Positions 38,055-46,560 of a stretch of DNA of 64,000 bases are shown piece by piece; position 1 is the stretch's first letter; every line of letters begins with the position of its first letter. The notes under the pieces are model-generated. The model was not told the DNA's origin, searched no databases, and saw only the letters and a program-made list of their open reading frames with translations. Both the position numbers and the translations under genes were made by a program. Origin of the DNA: Candidatus Saccharimonadota bacterium (GTDB lineage Bacteria; Patescibacteriota; Saccharimonadia; Saccharimonadales; DTSZ01); the NCBI GenBank assembly GCA_012965045.1, contig DTSZ01000001.1, positions 220,937-284,936 of the forward strand, in the 5' to 3' direction.

Positions 38055-38111
38055 ATTATTTCCTTATACTTTATTACTTTATGAACTTTTTACCTGAAAT
38101 TCTTAAGAATT

Positions 38112-38645
38112 TCAGCCTTCTAATTGTTGTTTGCGTGCGTTAAGTACATAACCTAACGAACGAATATTGCCACTGAGCACTCCCACAAAACCGGTAAGCG
38201 GTGCAGCGATTGTGCCAACCACTTGTCCTCGCAAAATGTCTTTGCTCGGTAGTTTTGAAAGTGCAGTAATTTGACTTGCATCAAAGACTTCGCCGTCTGC
38301 ATTAAAGCCCCCTACGAATTCTAATGCGTTGAATTCTTTCGCAAACTGAGCCAAAATTTGGGCCGGTGCTACTTCGTCTTCTACGCCAAATGCTATCGCA
38401 AGTTGACCTGTTAGCATTGAGTCGTCTACGTCTTTGAGGGTGTCATTCTTACTAAGGGCAAGTTTAACCAAACGGTTCTTTGCCACTGTAATCGTTACAC
38501 CTTCAGCTTTTGCTCGTCTTCGCAGTTCTTGGAACTGCTTAACACCTAAACCTGAGTAGTCGACCAATACAGTCATCTTTGACTGTGCTAGTAAATCACT
38601 GATCTCAGCAACAATCTCTTCTTTTTTGATCCGAGATATTGCCAT
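38112..38645 (-). CDS. rplJ: 50S ribosomal protein L10
   Basis: 177 aa. KKEEIVAEISDLL...VLVDYSGLGVKQFQELRR pattern. Directly upstream of rplL. Confidence 0.9.
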   Translation of the reverse strand: MAISRIKKEEIVAEISDLLAQSKMTVLVDYSGLGVKQFQELRRRAKAEGVTITVAKNRLVKLALSKNDTLKDVDDSMLTGQLAIAFGVEDEVAPAQILAQFAKEFNALEFVGGFNADGEVFDASQITALSKLPSKDILRGQVVGTIAAPLTGFVGVLSGNIRSLGYVLNARKQQLEG

Positions 38646-38682
38646 TAATCACCTCTTTGTTAATACTTTTTGCCTCAGAATT

Positions 38683-38711
38683 AAAAAAAACTTTGGCGCC
38701 TACTGCCAAAG
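38683..38711 (-). promoter_or_regulatory. terminator-like hairpin plus U8 inside the rplJ 5' leader (candidate attenuator)
   Basis: Minus strand reads CUUUGGC-AGUAGGC-GCCAAAG followed by UUUUUUUU. It ends about 37 nt upstream of the rplJ ATG, and no minus-strand gene lies immediately upstream. Confidence 0.45.
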
Positions 38712-38785
38712 AATCGAATCGTAAAACATTATGTTTCACTGCCTCGGTAGCTTCTTATATTCACTTATAGCGAACGCTACTGTCT

Positions 38786-39919
38786 TTGGAAGTAATCGTA
38801 CATAACAATACATCGCTCTTGACTTTTAGTCAATATACTTCATATTCGAGTTCAATGAGTGAAATTAGGTGCAATTTTCAACCACCAGATACAAACGGTG
38901 AACTATTAGAATTTCATCGCTCTAGTAATGCCCGAGCCCAGCTGGCTAGTTTAGTTGATAGTATTGCTGAACATTATGATGCTAGCGAGCCAGAAAGCGC
39001 TACTGCAGACCACGAGATAGCTACTATTACTTCTATCGCTGAGGCCGTAGGGTCATGTGTCCGTTTTCAGCCGGACGTTATGCCGTGGGAACGTAAGCCT
39101 GAAGGAGACTGCTTTACATTTACATGGTTAATCGCCGATAGCCTTGATCGATGTGGGTTTGACTCACGAATTGTTTTTAGCAACGGGCATGCCTTTAACA
39201 TGGTGCTTGGTGAAAACAATAGACACCACATAATCAACGGTGAAACAAAAGCAATGTGGCTGTTTGATGACGGGACGCCTAGCAGTGTTGCGTCGACAAT
39301 GTTTGATTATGAGCACCTAGAGCAGCAAGGGCTGCGTGAAATGAACGATAGTCACGGTTTAACGGTAAACTTTAAAACATATGACGCAAAACAACACGCT
39401 ATTCAGGCAAGTGGCGGTAAGCTCGACCTGCCGTATCTTGGTCACACGCTACCCTTTGCAACTCTCATGACGCCAACATATGGGCGACAGGCTTTGTTTA
39501 CCTACCACTATTTCCATGAAGCGTTAGTAAGCGGCTATTTTCTAGAAGTAGCGGCAGCAATTGACGGGCTTACTGCTGCAAATCCATACCCTGAAACCAG
39601 GCAACGCCTTAATCCAGATCTAAAAAAATTCAGAACAAACGTAAAATTCTGGGCTCAATTACCAGGCATAGAAAATAGCGATTTGTTGCATACGATAACG
39701 CAATATGGTTGTGCTATGCCCGACACTAAAGGTATGCGGCAGTTTCTAGGAGACTGTATTCGTGATGTTGCTCAACAGCGTCAAGACGAGCAGCTTGTTG
39801 AACTCGCTAAATCGTATTACCACGCAGCTTATGTATCAGGAAAATATGATAAAACGCTGCAAGGAAAACTTAAAAAAGCCGAAAGAATTCAAGCTGCTAT
39901 TGTAGCTGCTGCAACTTAA
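38786..39919 (+). CDS. hypothetical protein with a possible transglutaminase-like Cys-His core
   Basis: GDCFTFTWLIADSLDRCGFDSRIVFSNGHAFNMV resembles the G.C..fa.l...lR..GiPaR.V....H core. TTG start at 38786 is uncertain (alternative ATG at 38855). Confidence 0.5.
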   Translation: MEVIVHNNTSLLTFSQYTSYSSSMSEIRCNFQPPDTNGELLEFHRSSNARAQLASLVDSIAEHYDASEPESATADHEIATITSIAEAVGSCVRFQPDVMPWERKPEGDCFTFTWLIADSLDRCGFDSRIVFSNGHAFNMVLGENNRHHIINGETKAMWLFDDGTPSSVASTMFDYEHLEQQGLREMNDSHGLTVNFKTYDAKQHAIQASGGKLDLPYLGHTLPFATLMTPTYGRQALFTYHYFHEALVSGYFLEVAAAIDGLTAANPYPETRQRLNPDLKKFRTNVKFWAQLPGIENSDLLHTITQYGCAMPDTKGMRQFLGDCIRDVAQQRQDEQLVELAKSYYHAAYVSGKYDKTLQGKLKKAERIQAAIVAAAT

Positions 39920-42107
39920 ACTGGGTGTAGCGTTCGGCTGCCAAGCGAGTTAGCTCAGGGTCTTCGTCTTTATTGACGAATTTCATAGCTGCAGCAATAT
40001 TTGGGTGAACTTCACTTAAGCGCTCGTGTAGCTGGTTAATTAATCGGCGGTAGCCTGGGTGGCCTTGTGGCGCACTGCGTAATTCGTGAAAATGAAACGC
40101 CTGACGAGCGTTGTACGTTATTTTCCAGCGCATTTTGTGCCCCATTAAGGTTGCGTATTGTGCCTCTTCATACATTCCAAGCGCTTGTAGTCGACTGTAC
40201 AGCTCGTAGCTTAAGTCAAAACATTCCTCAAACAAATCACTCAAACCTGCTTCTTCTACCAGGTCAGGAATTTCATAGCCATAGCGCGGAGTAAGGAGTT
40301 GCCACTCAAGACCGTCGACAATTCGGTGGCGCTGTAGGTCGCGGAATATGCCGTAGTCGCAGACAATGTCCCAGGTATAGTGAATGTGCTCTAATGCTCG
40401 CCCTGGTTTGTGGCGACGATTGAGTCGCTCGCCAATGTACTCATTAAAAACAGCTACTTTTTTATCATACGACCATGAGTTTACTTCTTTCATGATCTCA
40501 TCAAGGCTTAGGTTCGACTGTTCGTATAGCATATATGGCACAATATCGATTTCGTTTCGGTGGGACACATCAACGAGAGTTGATGCTGGATAATCATTAC
40601 TATATGACGGCAACGACTCCTCTACGAGCTTTTTAAGATTGTTTCGCTTCGTAGCCATGTAGGCACTTGTGGCTCCGCCTCGATCGGGCTTGTCGGCTCG
40701 TTCAAAAAAGGTTGGCGCTACTTTTCTGACTTCGTCGAGTAGTTGATTTCCAACTGTTTGTGATTCTGTTAGTTCTTCGCTTCTGAGCCGCATAATTAAC
40801 GCTTCTAATGCCTGACCGCTGGCAAAAATACCAACTGTAGCGGTTGTTGCTACTGGTAGAAGTGGCCGAGCAGCGTCACAGGCCTGAGCCCGAGTTGCAC
40901 CTTTCCAGGCAACGTCACGTTCTGACTCTGGAGTTTCGTCATTACTGCGCACATAATCCGTTAATTTATGTACAATTTCCGAGTAACGATCAAATATTTG
41001 ATCCATAGTTTGGGTGTAATGCTGCGCTGTTGTGGAGTCGAAATTATTTGGGGTGTAATACCGATAGTTGCCGTTTTTGTCTTTTTGATCAAAATAAATG
41101 TAGCGAGTAGATTGCTCTAAGTAGGCAGCTAAGCGGCCCCACTCCAGCTTTTTCGTCATTAGATTAGAGGCGTTTTCTACGACAACATGCATTCCAGTTA
41201 ACTGCTGTACAGAATCATCGCCGTAGGCGGTAATCACTCGCTTAAGAAGATTTTCGTCTTTACCGGCTTTACCTGCAAATTCATCTAGCAAAGTAACTCG
41301 CATGTCGTCACCGCGCCGGCTTAAGCGAGCCATAGCAGCAGCCACGGTAATTGGTGACATCTCTCCAGTAAAGGCGTATACGTTGCCGGTGGTGTTGGTG
41401 ACGGCTTTATCTAGGTAGTCTAGGCCAGCTTGGGTAATTTGGTAACGACCGTCTACTTTTTCGACAAGTTCACTGTCTTCAATTGGTTTTGAATTGCTTG
41501 GCTTGTTGATTGTCTGGCGCACCTCTTCCCATATGAGCTCAGAAACTTCAGCTACGGTGCCGGATGCATCAAGTACAGGAGCGCTCATTCGCTTTGCTTC
41601 TATTTTGTAGCCTTCTCGGACTGTATCGTGAAACTGTGAATTCATGTCCTCGAAGTAGTCAGTTACTCCACGTTCGTTTCTGCGATGTACAGCCACAGCA
41701 GGCTCTACATCTAATACTATGAATTTATCAGGTTTCTGAAGTTCAGTAGCAAAATCGCAAACCGCACGCACCTTTTCAATATCTAGTCCTTCACCATGAC
41801 CTTGGTAGACAATAGTTGATAGATAACTCCTGTCTGCAATAACCCACTTACCACTGTTAAGTATTTGACTAATTTCTTGCACCACTTCTACTCTGGCTGC
41901 GTTAAAAGCAAGCACGTTTGCTTTAGTGCTACGCGGTGGGCCTTCTAAAATTAATTTTCGCATCTCCTGAGCAAAAGGAGTGCTTCCAGGTTCACGCATT
42001 ACTACCGCGTCTATATTTGCTTGCTTTAAGTGTTCCACAAGTAACCTTGCCTGTGTCGTCTTGCCTACACCTTCCCCACCCTCAAGGACGATGTATTTAC
42101 CTCTCAC
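39897..42107 (-). CDS. thyX: fusion protein: thymidylate kinase (N-terminal) plus tandem ThyX-like (FAD-dependent thymidylate synthase) modules
   Basis: aa 1-200: VLEGGEGVGKTTQ P-loop and DRSYLSTIVYQG (Tmk). Module 1: MARLSRRG..., HVVVENASN...EWGRLAAYLEQSTRY, ALIMRLRS. Module 2: LEHIHYTWDIVCDYGIFRDLQRHRIV...LTPRY, FHFHELRSAPQGHPGYRRL (ThyX RHR/RY signature). Confidence 0.8.
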   Translation of the reverse strand: MRGKYIVLEGGEGVGKTTQARLLVEHLKQANIDAVVMREPGSTPFAQEMRKLILEGPPRSTKANVLAFNAARVEVVQEISQILNSGKWVIADRSYLSTIVYQGHGEGLDIEKVRAVCDFATELQKPDKFIVLDVEPAVAVHRRNERGVTDYFEDMNSQFHDTVREGYKIEAKRMSAPVLDASGTVAEVSELIWEEVRQTINKPSNSKPIEDSELVEKVDGRYQITQAGLDYLDKAVTNTTGNVYAFTGEMSPITVAAAMARLSRRGDDMRVTLLDEFAGKAGKDENLLKRVITAYGDDSVQQLTGMHVVVENASNLMTKKLEWGRLAAYLEQSTRYIYFDQKDKNGNYRYYTPNNFDSTTAQHYTQTMDQIFDRYSEIVHKLTDYVRSNDETPESERDVAWKGATRAQACDAARPLLPVATTATVGIFASGQALEALIMRLRSEELTESQTVGNQLLDEVRKVAPTFFERADKPDRGGATSAYMATKRNNLKKLVEESLPSYSNDYPASTLVDVSHRNEIDIVPYMLYEQSNLSLDEIMKEVNSWSYDKKVAVFNEYIGERLNRRHKPGRALEHIHYTWDIVCDYGIFRDLQRHRIVDGLEWQLLTPRYGYEIPDLVEEAGLSDLFEECFDLSYELYSRLQALGMYEEAQYATLMGHKMRWKITYNARQAFHFHELRSAPQGHPGYRRLINQLHERLSEVHPNIAAAMKFVNKDEDPELTRLAAERYTQFKLQQLQ

Positions 42108-42110
42108 GCT

Positions 42111-42716
42111 CTATGATCCCTTCTTTAGTTTTTCTTCTACAGTTTGCCAAATTTGTTCGTGGACTTCTTCGACAGTTTGGTTTGCATTAATAATTGTTTC
42201 GCCATATGGAGTTTCTCGGTAGAGCTCACGAACTCTGGTAAAGAACTCGGCGCCACGCTTTTCCCAAGCGTCTAATTTGCGCCCACTAATTCGTTGCATG
42301 CCAATCTGCCAGTCTACGTCAAGAATAATATGCACGTTTGGTGCATTTGGGCCGCTTGGATCTGCTCCAATTACCTGTAAAACAGTATCTATAGTTTGTT
42401 TGTTCACTCCTGATGCACCTTGATAGGCATAAAAACTCGACAAGCCACGGTCGAAAATAGTTACAATTTCGTTTTGAGCATTAAATTTAGCCTGAGCAAT
42501 ATTTGCCGATAACAGGCCAGCCACTACTAGTAGGTCAGTTTCTGGTGGCCGTTCGATGTCGCTTAAATGAATTGGTCGAATCGCTTCACCGTAGCCACTG
42601 CCGCCAGGCGATCGCAAAACTTGTGCTGGATAGCCCGAATTTTCTAAACGGTTTCTAAGTAGTTCAACTTGCGTAGTTTTTCCTGCCCCGTCTAGTCCCT
42701 CAAGCTCAATAATCAT
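42111..42716 (-). CDS. tmk: thymidylate kinase (second, stand-alone copy)
   Basis: IELEGLDGAGKTTQ P-loop, DRGLSSFYAYQG, 201 aa. Confidence 0.9.
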   Translation of the reverse strand: MIIELEGLDGAGKTTQVELLRNRLENSGYPAQVLRSPGGSGYGEAIRPIHLSDIERPPETDLLVVAGLLSANIAQAKFNAQNEIVTIFDRGLSSFYAYQGASGVNKQTIDTVLQVIGADPSGPNAPNVHIILDVDWQIGMQRISGRKLDAWEKRGAEFFTRVRELYRETPYGETIINANQTVEEVHEQIWQTVEEKLKKGS

Positions 42717-42718
42717 GT

Positions 42719-43498
42719 TTAATCTGCCTTATTCCATGGTTGTGTTGTTGATTTTTTCGGTGAAACAACAACTTCTTGAGGCAGTTGTCTTTTATCAAGC
42801 CACGATTTTGGAAGCATTTGCTCTGGGTGCCATCGCTGCACAATATCTTCAAGCTCGGTGCCACTTTGGTACTTACCGCTAATTCCTCCACGGCCTAGGC
42901 CATAATTACCTTCAACGGGGCCAGTATGGTGAAATACGATTTGTGCTATGCGTTCACCGACAGGCAAAACGATACTTTCGTGCTGGTTTAGGTTATAAAT
43001 TTCCATGGTTACACGGTTGATATAACCTGGGTCAATCCAACCGGCGTCAAAACAAACAGCTAGCCCGTTTCTACCCCAGCTTGATCGACTGCGCATTTCA
43101 GAAGCTCCTGGTGGTTTAATGCCTATAAATTCATGGGTATGGGCAAGAATACGCTCTTGTGGCTTAAGTACGATTATTGGGTGGTCAAGCGGGATATTGT
43201 TGAATGGTTTAAGGTTGTGTTTTTCAATCCACCGTTGGTGCGTAATTGCTTTATGCGGCCCGTCAAAATACCGTCGTACTTCATCGGCATCAAATGGGTT
43301 ATAGACGGTGCGGGTTTCTAGTTTTTCGACTGTATAAAAGTACTCACCAAGCGTAACGTCGTAGCTGGCTTCGCTAACATTGTCGGGATTGTAGGGGTTA
43401 ATAACAATATGGCCCTGTTGGTATGCCGAAACAATCTGAGTATTACTAAATACGCTGTCTGTACTATTCACGAAAGGTTCCCTCCTTATATCTGCCAC
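42719..43498 (-). CDS. dcd: dCTP deaminase / dUTPase-superfamily protein with a C-terminal extension
   Basis: INPYNPDNVSEASYDVTLG, HEFIG...RSSWGRNGL, DAGWIDPGYINRVTMEIYN, GERIAQIVF. 259 aa, versus about 185-195 for typical Dcd. Confidence 0.8.
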   Translation of the reverse strand: MADIRREPFVNSTDSVFSNTQIVSAYQQGHIVINPYNPDNVSEASYDVTLGEYFYTVEKLETRTVYNPFDADEVRRYFDGPHKAITHQRWIEKHNLKPFNNIPLDHPIIVLKPQERILAHTHEFIGIKPPGASEMRSRSSWGRNGLAVCFDAGWIDPGYINRVTMEIYNLNQHESIVLPVGERIAQIVFHHTGPVEGNYGLGRGGISGKYQSGTELEDIVQRWHPEQMLPKSWLDKRQLPQEVVVSPKKSTTQPWNKAD

Positions 43499-43640
43499 CC
43501 TGATTGCATTCTAGTGTAACGTACTGACTTGGGTTGCGCTACAAGAGTATTTACAACATTAATTGCTATTAATTGGCAGACGTATCGATTCGATAATCGC
43601 ATCAAAGCCAAACCAAGGCATAGCAATGACGACCCAGTTG

Positions 43641-43898
43641 CTAACGTTTATTGCGCTTAAAAAACTGCAAATAGAGCCTACTACCGCCTTGGTGGGCTAT
43701 GGTTATAAAGTCGCCCATCATGTCGATAAAGTACCAAATAGCCAGTAAAACGCCGACCCACTTTAGAGTTGTGTTCTCAATTTCGTGTGCCACAAAGATT
43801 AATGCGATAGCAAAAAACAAGGCAAACACCGCAAAGCGAAAATACTCGACAGCTGTTTTTTGTTGGCGTGATTTTCTTCGTCTTAGAATATTTTTCAT
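43641..43898 (-). CDS. hypothetical small membrane protein
   Basis: 85 aa with two hydrophobic helices. Competing plus-strand ORFs lack features. Confidence 0.4.
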   Translation of the reverse strand: MKNILRRRKSRQQKTAVEYFRFAVFALFFAIALIFVAHEIENTTLKWVGVLLAIWYFIDMMGDFITIAHQGGSRLYLQFFKRNKR

Positions 43899-43962
43899 AT
43901 TAAATCAGTATTTATCTTACCATGAGCGACAATCTAGTAATTAAAGTGCTATGATTTAGCAA

Positions 43963-44511
43963 ATGTCACTGATTGTAATCACTGGTCCTATGAAAAGCGG
44001 CAAGAGCTTGGAGTTAATAGGCAGAATGAGCGCCTACACCTACACCACGCTAAAGGCCGTATTGATTCAACCCAACCTTAATGTGCGCGATGATGGCATA
44101 AAATCACGCCTTGGGCCTGAATTACCCGCTAGAAAAGTCGAAAGTCTAGGCCAAATTGATACAGAGCTAACAGACACCGACATAATTGGTATCGATGAGG
44201 CGTTTATGTTTGAAGCAAGTGATGTGAAGTACATTAAAAAGTGGCTACTGGCAGGCAAAACGGTAATGATCAGTACGCTCGATATTAGTGCTATGGGTAA
44301 TACACCGGACTTTTATGCTGAGGTCCTAAAGCTCGGACCAGACGAAGTTGTGCAGCGCAGCGCTGTCTGTGAGCTTTGTAAAAACATGGGTGCCCAATTT
44401 ACAGTCATTTTAAAAGATGGCAAGCCAGTTCGCACCGGCTTGCCAGACGTTGTGCCAGAAGACGGCACCTACCACTACAGTCCTGCTTGCAGAAACTGTT
44501 TCTTTAGCTAA
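43963..44511 (+). CDS. tdk: thymidine kinase
   Basis: GPMKSGKS P-loop, IDEAFMF, C-terminal zinc Cys pairs CELC ... CRNC. Confidence 0.9.
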   Translation: MSLIVITGPMKSGKSLELIGRMSAYTYTTLKAVLIQPNLNVRDDGIKSRLGPELPARKVESLGQIDTELTDTDIIGIDEAFMFEASDVKYIKKWLLAGKTVMISTLDISAMGNTPDFYAEVLKLGPDEVVQRSAVCELCKNMGAQFTVILKDGKPVRTGLPDVVPEDGTYHYSPACRNCFFS

Positions 44512-45517
44512 GTTTGTTTTCGAGTGGTATCCCAGGGCCCATACTGGTGCTTAGGGTAATTGATTTTACGTAGTCACCCTTAATTGTGTTTGGTCGAGCG
44601 CCGTTAATTGCTTTAAATAGTGCTTGAATATTTTGAGTTAAGTCTGCGTCTTTAAAGCTAACTTTGCCTACTGCTAAGTGAATAATTCCATGTTTATCAA
44701 CGCGGTATTCTACGCGGCCAGCTTTAGCTTCTTGAACAGCTTTAGCGACATTTTTTGTTACTGTACCGCTTTTCGGGTTTGGCATTAAGCCCTTCGGGCC
44801 AAGTGTTTTGGCATATTTTCCAAGTTTTGCCATTTGATCAGGAGTGGCTATTAGCACATCGAAGTTAATAGCACCTTTTTCAAGATCAGCCATAAGTGTT
44901 TGGTTATCAGCCATGTCTGCGCCAGCATCTTTAGCTGCTTTTAAGTCTTCGTCGCTTGCCAGTACAGCTACTCGCTGGGTCTTCCCTGTGCCATTTGGTA
45001 GTACGAGGCTTCCACGAATGTTTTGGTCAGCCTTTTTAGGATCAACATTCAGGCGAATGTGCAGTTCTACTGAAGCGTCAAATTTTACGGTCGAGGTTTC
45101 TTGAGCAAGTTTTACGCCGTCTTCAAGTGTATAGACTTTTGAGTTGTCAATTTTTTCAGCTGCTTGACGGTACTTTTTGCTTCGTCGCTCGATTAAAGGA
45201 CGCACCTTTGGTTTAGGTCCTTTTTTAACTTCAGCTTCTTCGTCGGCTTCAGACTCTGCTTGGTCCAATTCACCTTGTTGACGAGCAATCTTTTCGGCTT
45301 TTTCTTCTGCTTCTTCAATGCCTTTTTTGCTTCGTTTTCCGGCCTTAGCGATCTTTTCTTCAGTTTCTTGAACTTCGGCAGCTAGTTCTGCGTCGTGTGG
45401 CTTGTCAGCTCCACGAGCAGTGTCTAGTGCTGCGTTTATTTCTGCAATTGTGTTTTTTGCTGTTACATCGAGGCCCATGTCTTGGGCTTCTGCTAATAGT
45501 TCGGCTTTCTTTGCCAT
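44504..45517 (-). CDS. rplA: 50S ribosomal protein L1 with an N-terminal extension of about 110 aa
   Basis: The canonical L1 core starts near RSKKYRQAAEKIDNSKVYTLEDG and runs ...LPNGTGK...GPKGLMPNPKSGTV. 337 aa total. Confidence 0.9.
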   Translation of the reverse strand: MAKKAELLAEAQDMGLDVTAKNTIAEINAALDTARGADKPHDAELAAEVQETEEKIAKAGKRSKKGIEEAEEKAEKIARQQGELDQAESEADEEAEVKKGPKPKVRPLIERRSKKYRQAAEKIDNSKVYTLEDGVKLAQETSTVKFDASVELHIRLNVDPKKADQNIRGSLVLPNGTGKTQRVAVLASDEDLKAAKDAGADMADNQTLMADLEKGAINFDVLIATPDQMAKLGKYAKTLGPKGLMPNPKSGTVTKNVAKAVQEAKAGRVEYRVDKHGIIHLAVGKVSFKDADLTQNIQALFKAINGARPNTIKGDYVKSITLSTSMGPGIPLENKLS

Positions 45518-45607
45518 GGTATAACTCCTTTAGTGGTGCTAGCGAGTGTTCGACTCTCCCACTGATTATTCTAAACTTTAATACGATACTACAATTTTGA
45601 ACGTATG

Positions 45608-46105
45608 TTAAGAGGTGGAAGAGGTTATTTCCTGGATAACTTTTCCGAAAATTGTAAAGTCCTCTTGTCCTTCACGAGCTTTTAACCCTCCGTCATAATC
45701 AAATATGCTAGAAACAGGCTGTGTCCCGACTCCCCCGGTACCCGATGCAGTAACTGTGAATTCTTCCCCGTTTACAGCATTTATTTTCGCCACACTGGCT
45801 ATAAATACTTTTTCATCCGACCCTGGTTCAGCGGCTACGAAAAATGCAATTTGTGGTGTGTTGCGTGTGGTTTTGCGTTGTTCTTTTAGGCGAGTAACGA
45901 TAATAGCATGTGACATTGAACCACCGGAATCTCCATCGTTAAATATCGGAAAAGCGACACTGTCTTGGTGCTCAAGTTCGACAAATAAAGCATCGAGTCG
46001 TGTTGTAATTGCTTCAAGTTCGTGTTTTTTCTGCGATTCTTCGTACTGTTTCGTCAAGCCAGTCTGCAGATGGTCAGATAATTCTTGGAAGTCTCTTGGG
46101 TTCAT
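45608..46105 (-). CDS. hypothetical protein inserted between rplK and rplA
   Basis: 165 aa. Start lies 17 nt after the rplK stop. No motif recognised. Confidence 0.55.
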   Translation of the reverse strand: MNPRDFQELSDHLQTGLTKQYEESQKKHELEAITTRLDALFVELEHQDSVAFPIFNDGDSGGSMSHAIIVTRLKEQRKTTRNTPQIAFFVAAEPGSDEKVFIASVAKINAVNGEEFTVTASGTGGVGTQPVSSIFDYDGGLKAREGQEDFTIFGKVIQEITSSTS

Positions 46106-46122
46106 TCTACTTACTTGTTTGC

Positions 46123-46560
46123 CTATTTTTCTACTTCAACACCCATAGATCGGGCTGTACCAGCTACAACTTTTTTAGCAGATTCAACTGTGTCGCAATT
46201 TAGGTCTTTCATTTTGCTTTCAGCAATTTTTGTCAGCTGTGCGTCAGTTAGTTTACCAACTTTGTCTTTTTGTGGTACGCCAGACCCTTTTTGAATACCA
46301 AGCTCTTTACGAATAAGTTCGTCTACTGGAATGCCGACTACTCTAAAGTCGAATGATCGATCTTCGTAAATTGTAACGTGCACAGTTACGTCACCTTGGC
46401 CGCGTAGATCTGCCGTTTGTTCGTTGAACGGGTTAATAAAGTCTTGTGTGTTAACACCGTATTGACCGAGCGTTGAACCTACCGGTGGTGCTGGTGTTGC
46501 TCCGCCTGCTGGTACCCGCATTTTTAAGTTTGCTGTTACTTTCTTGCCTTGTTTTGCCAT
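46123..46560 (-). CDS. rplK: 50S ribosomal protein L11
   Basis: PAGGATPAPPVGSTLGQYGVN... typical L11 N-terminal domain. Confidence 0.95.
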   Translation of the reverse strand: MAKQGKKVTANLKMRVPAGGATPAPPVGSTLGQYGVNTQDFINPFNEQTADLRGQGDVTVHVTIYEDRSFDFRVVGIPVDELIRKELGIQKGSGVPQKDKVGKLTDAQLTKIAESKMKDLNCDTVESAKKVVAGTARSMGVEVEK

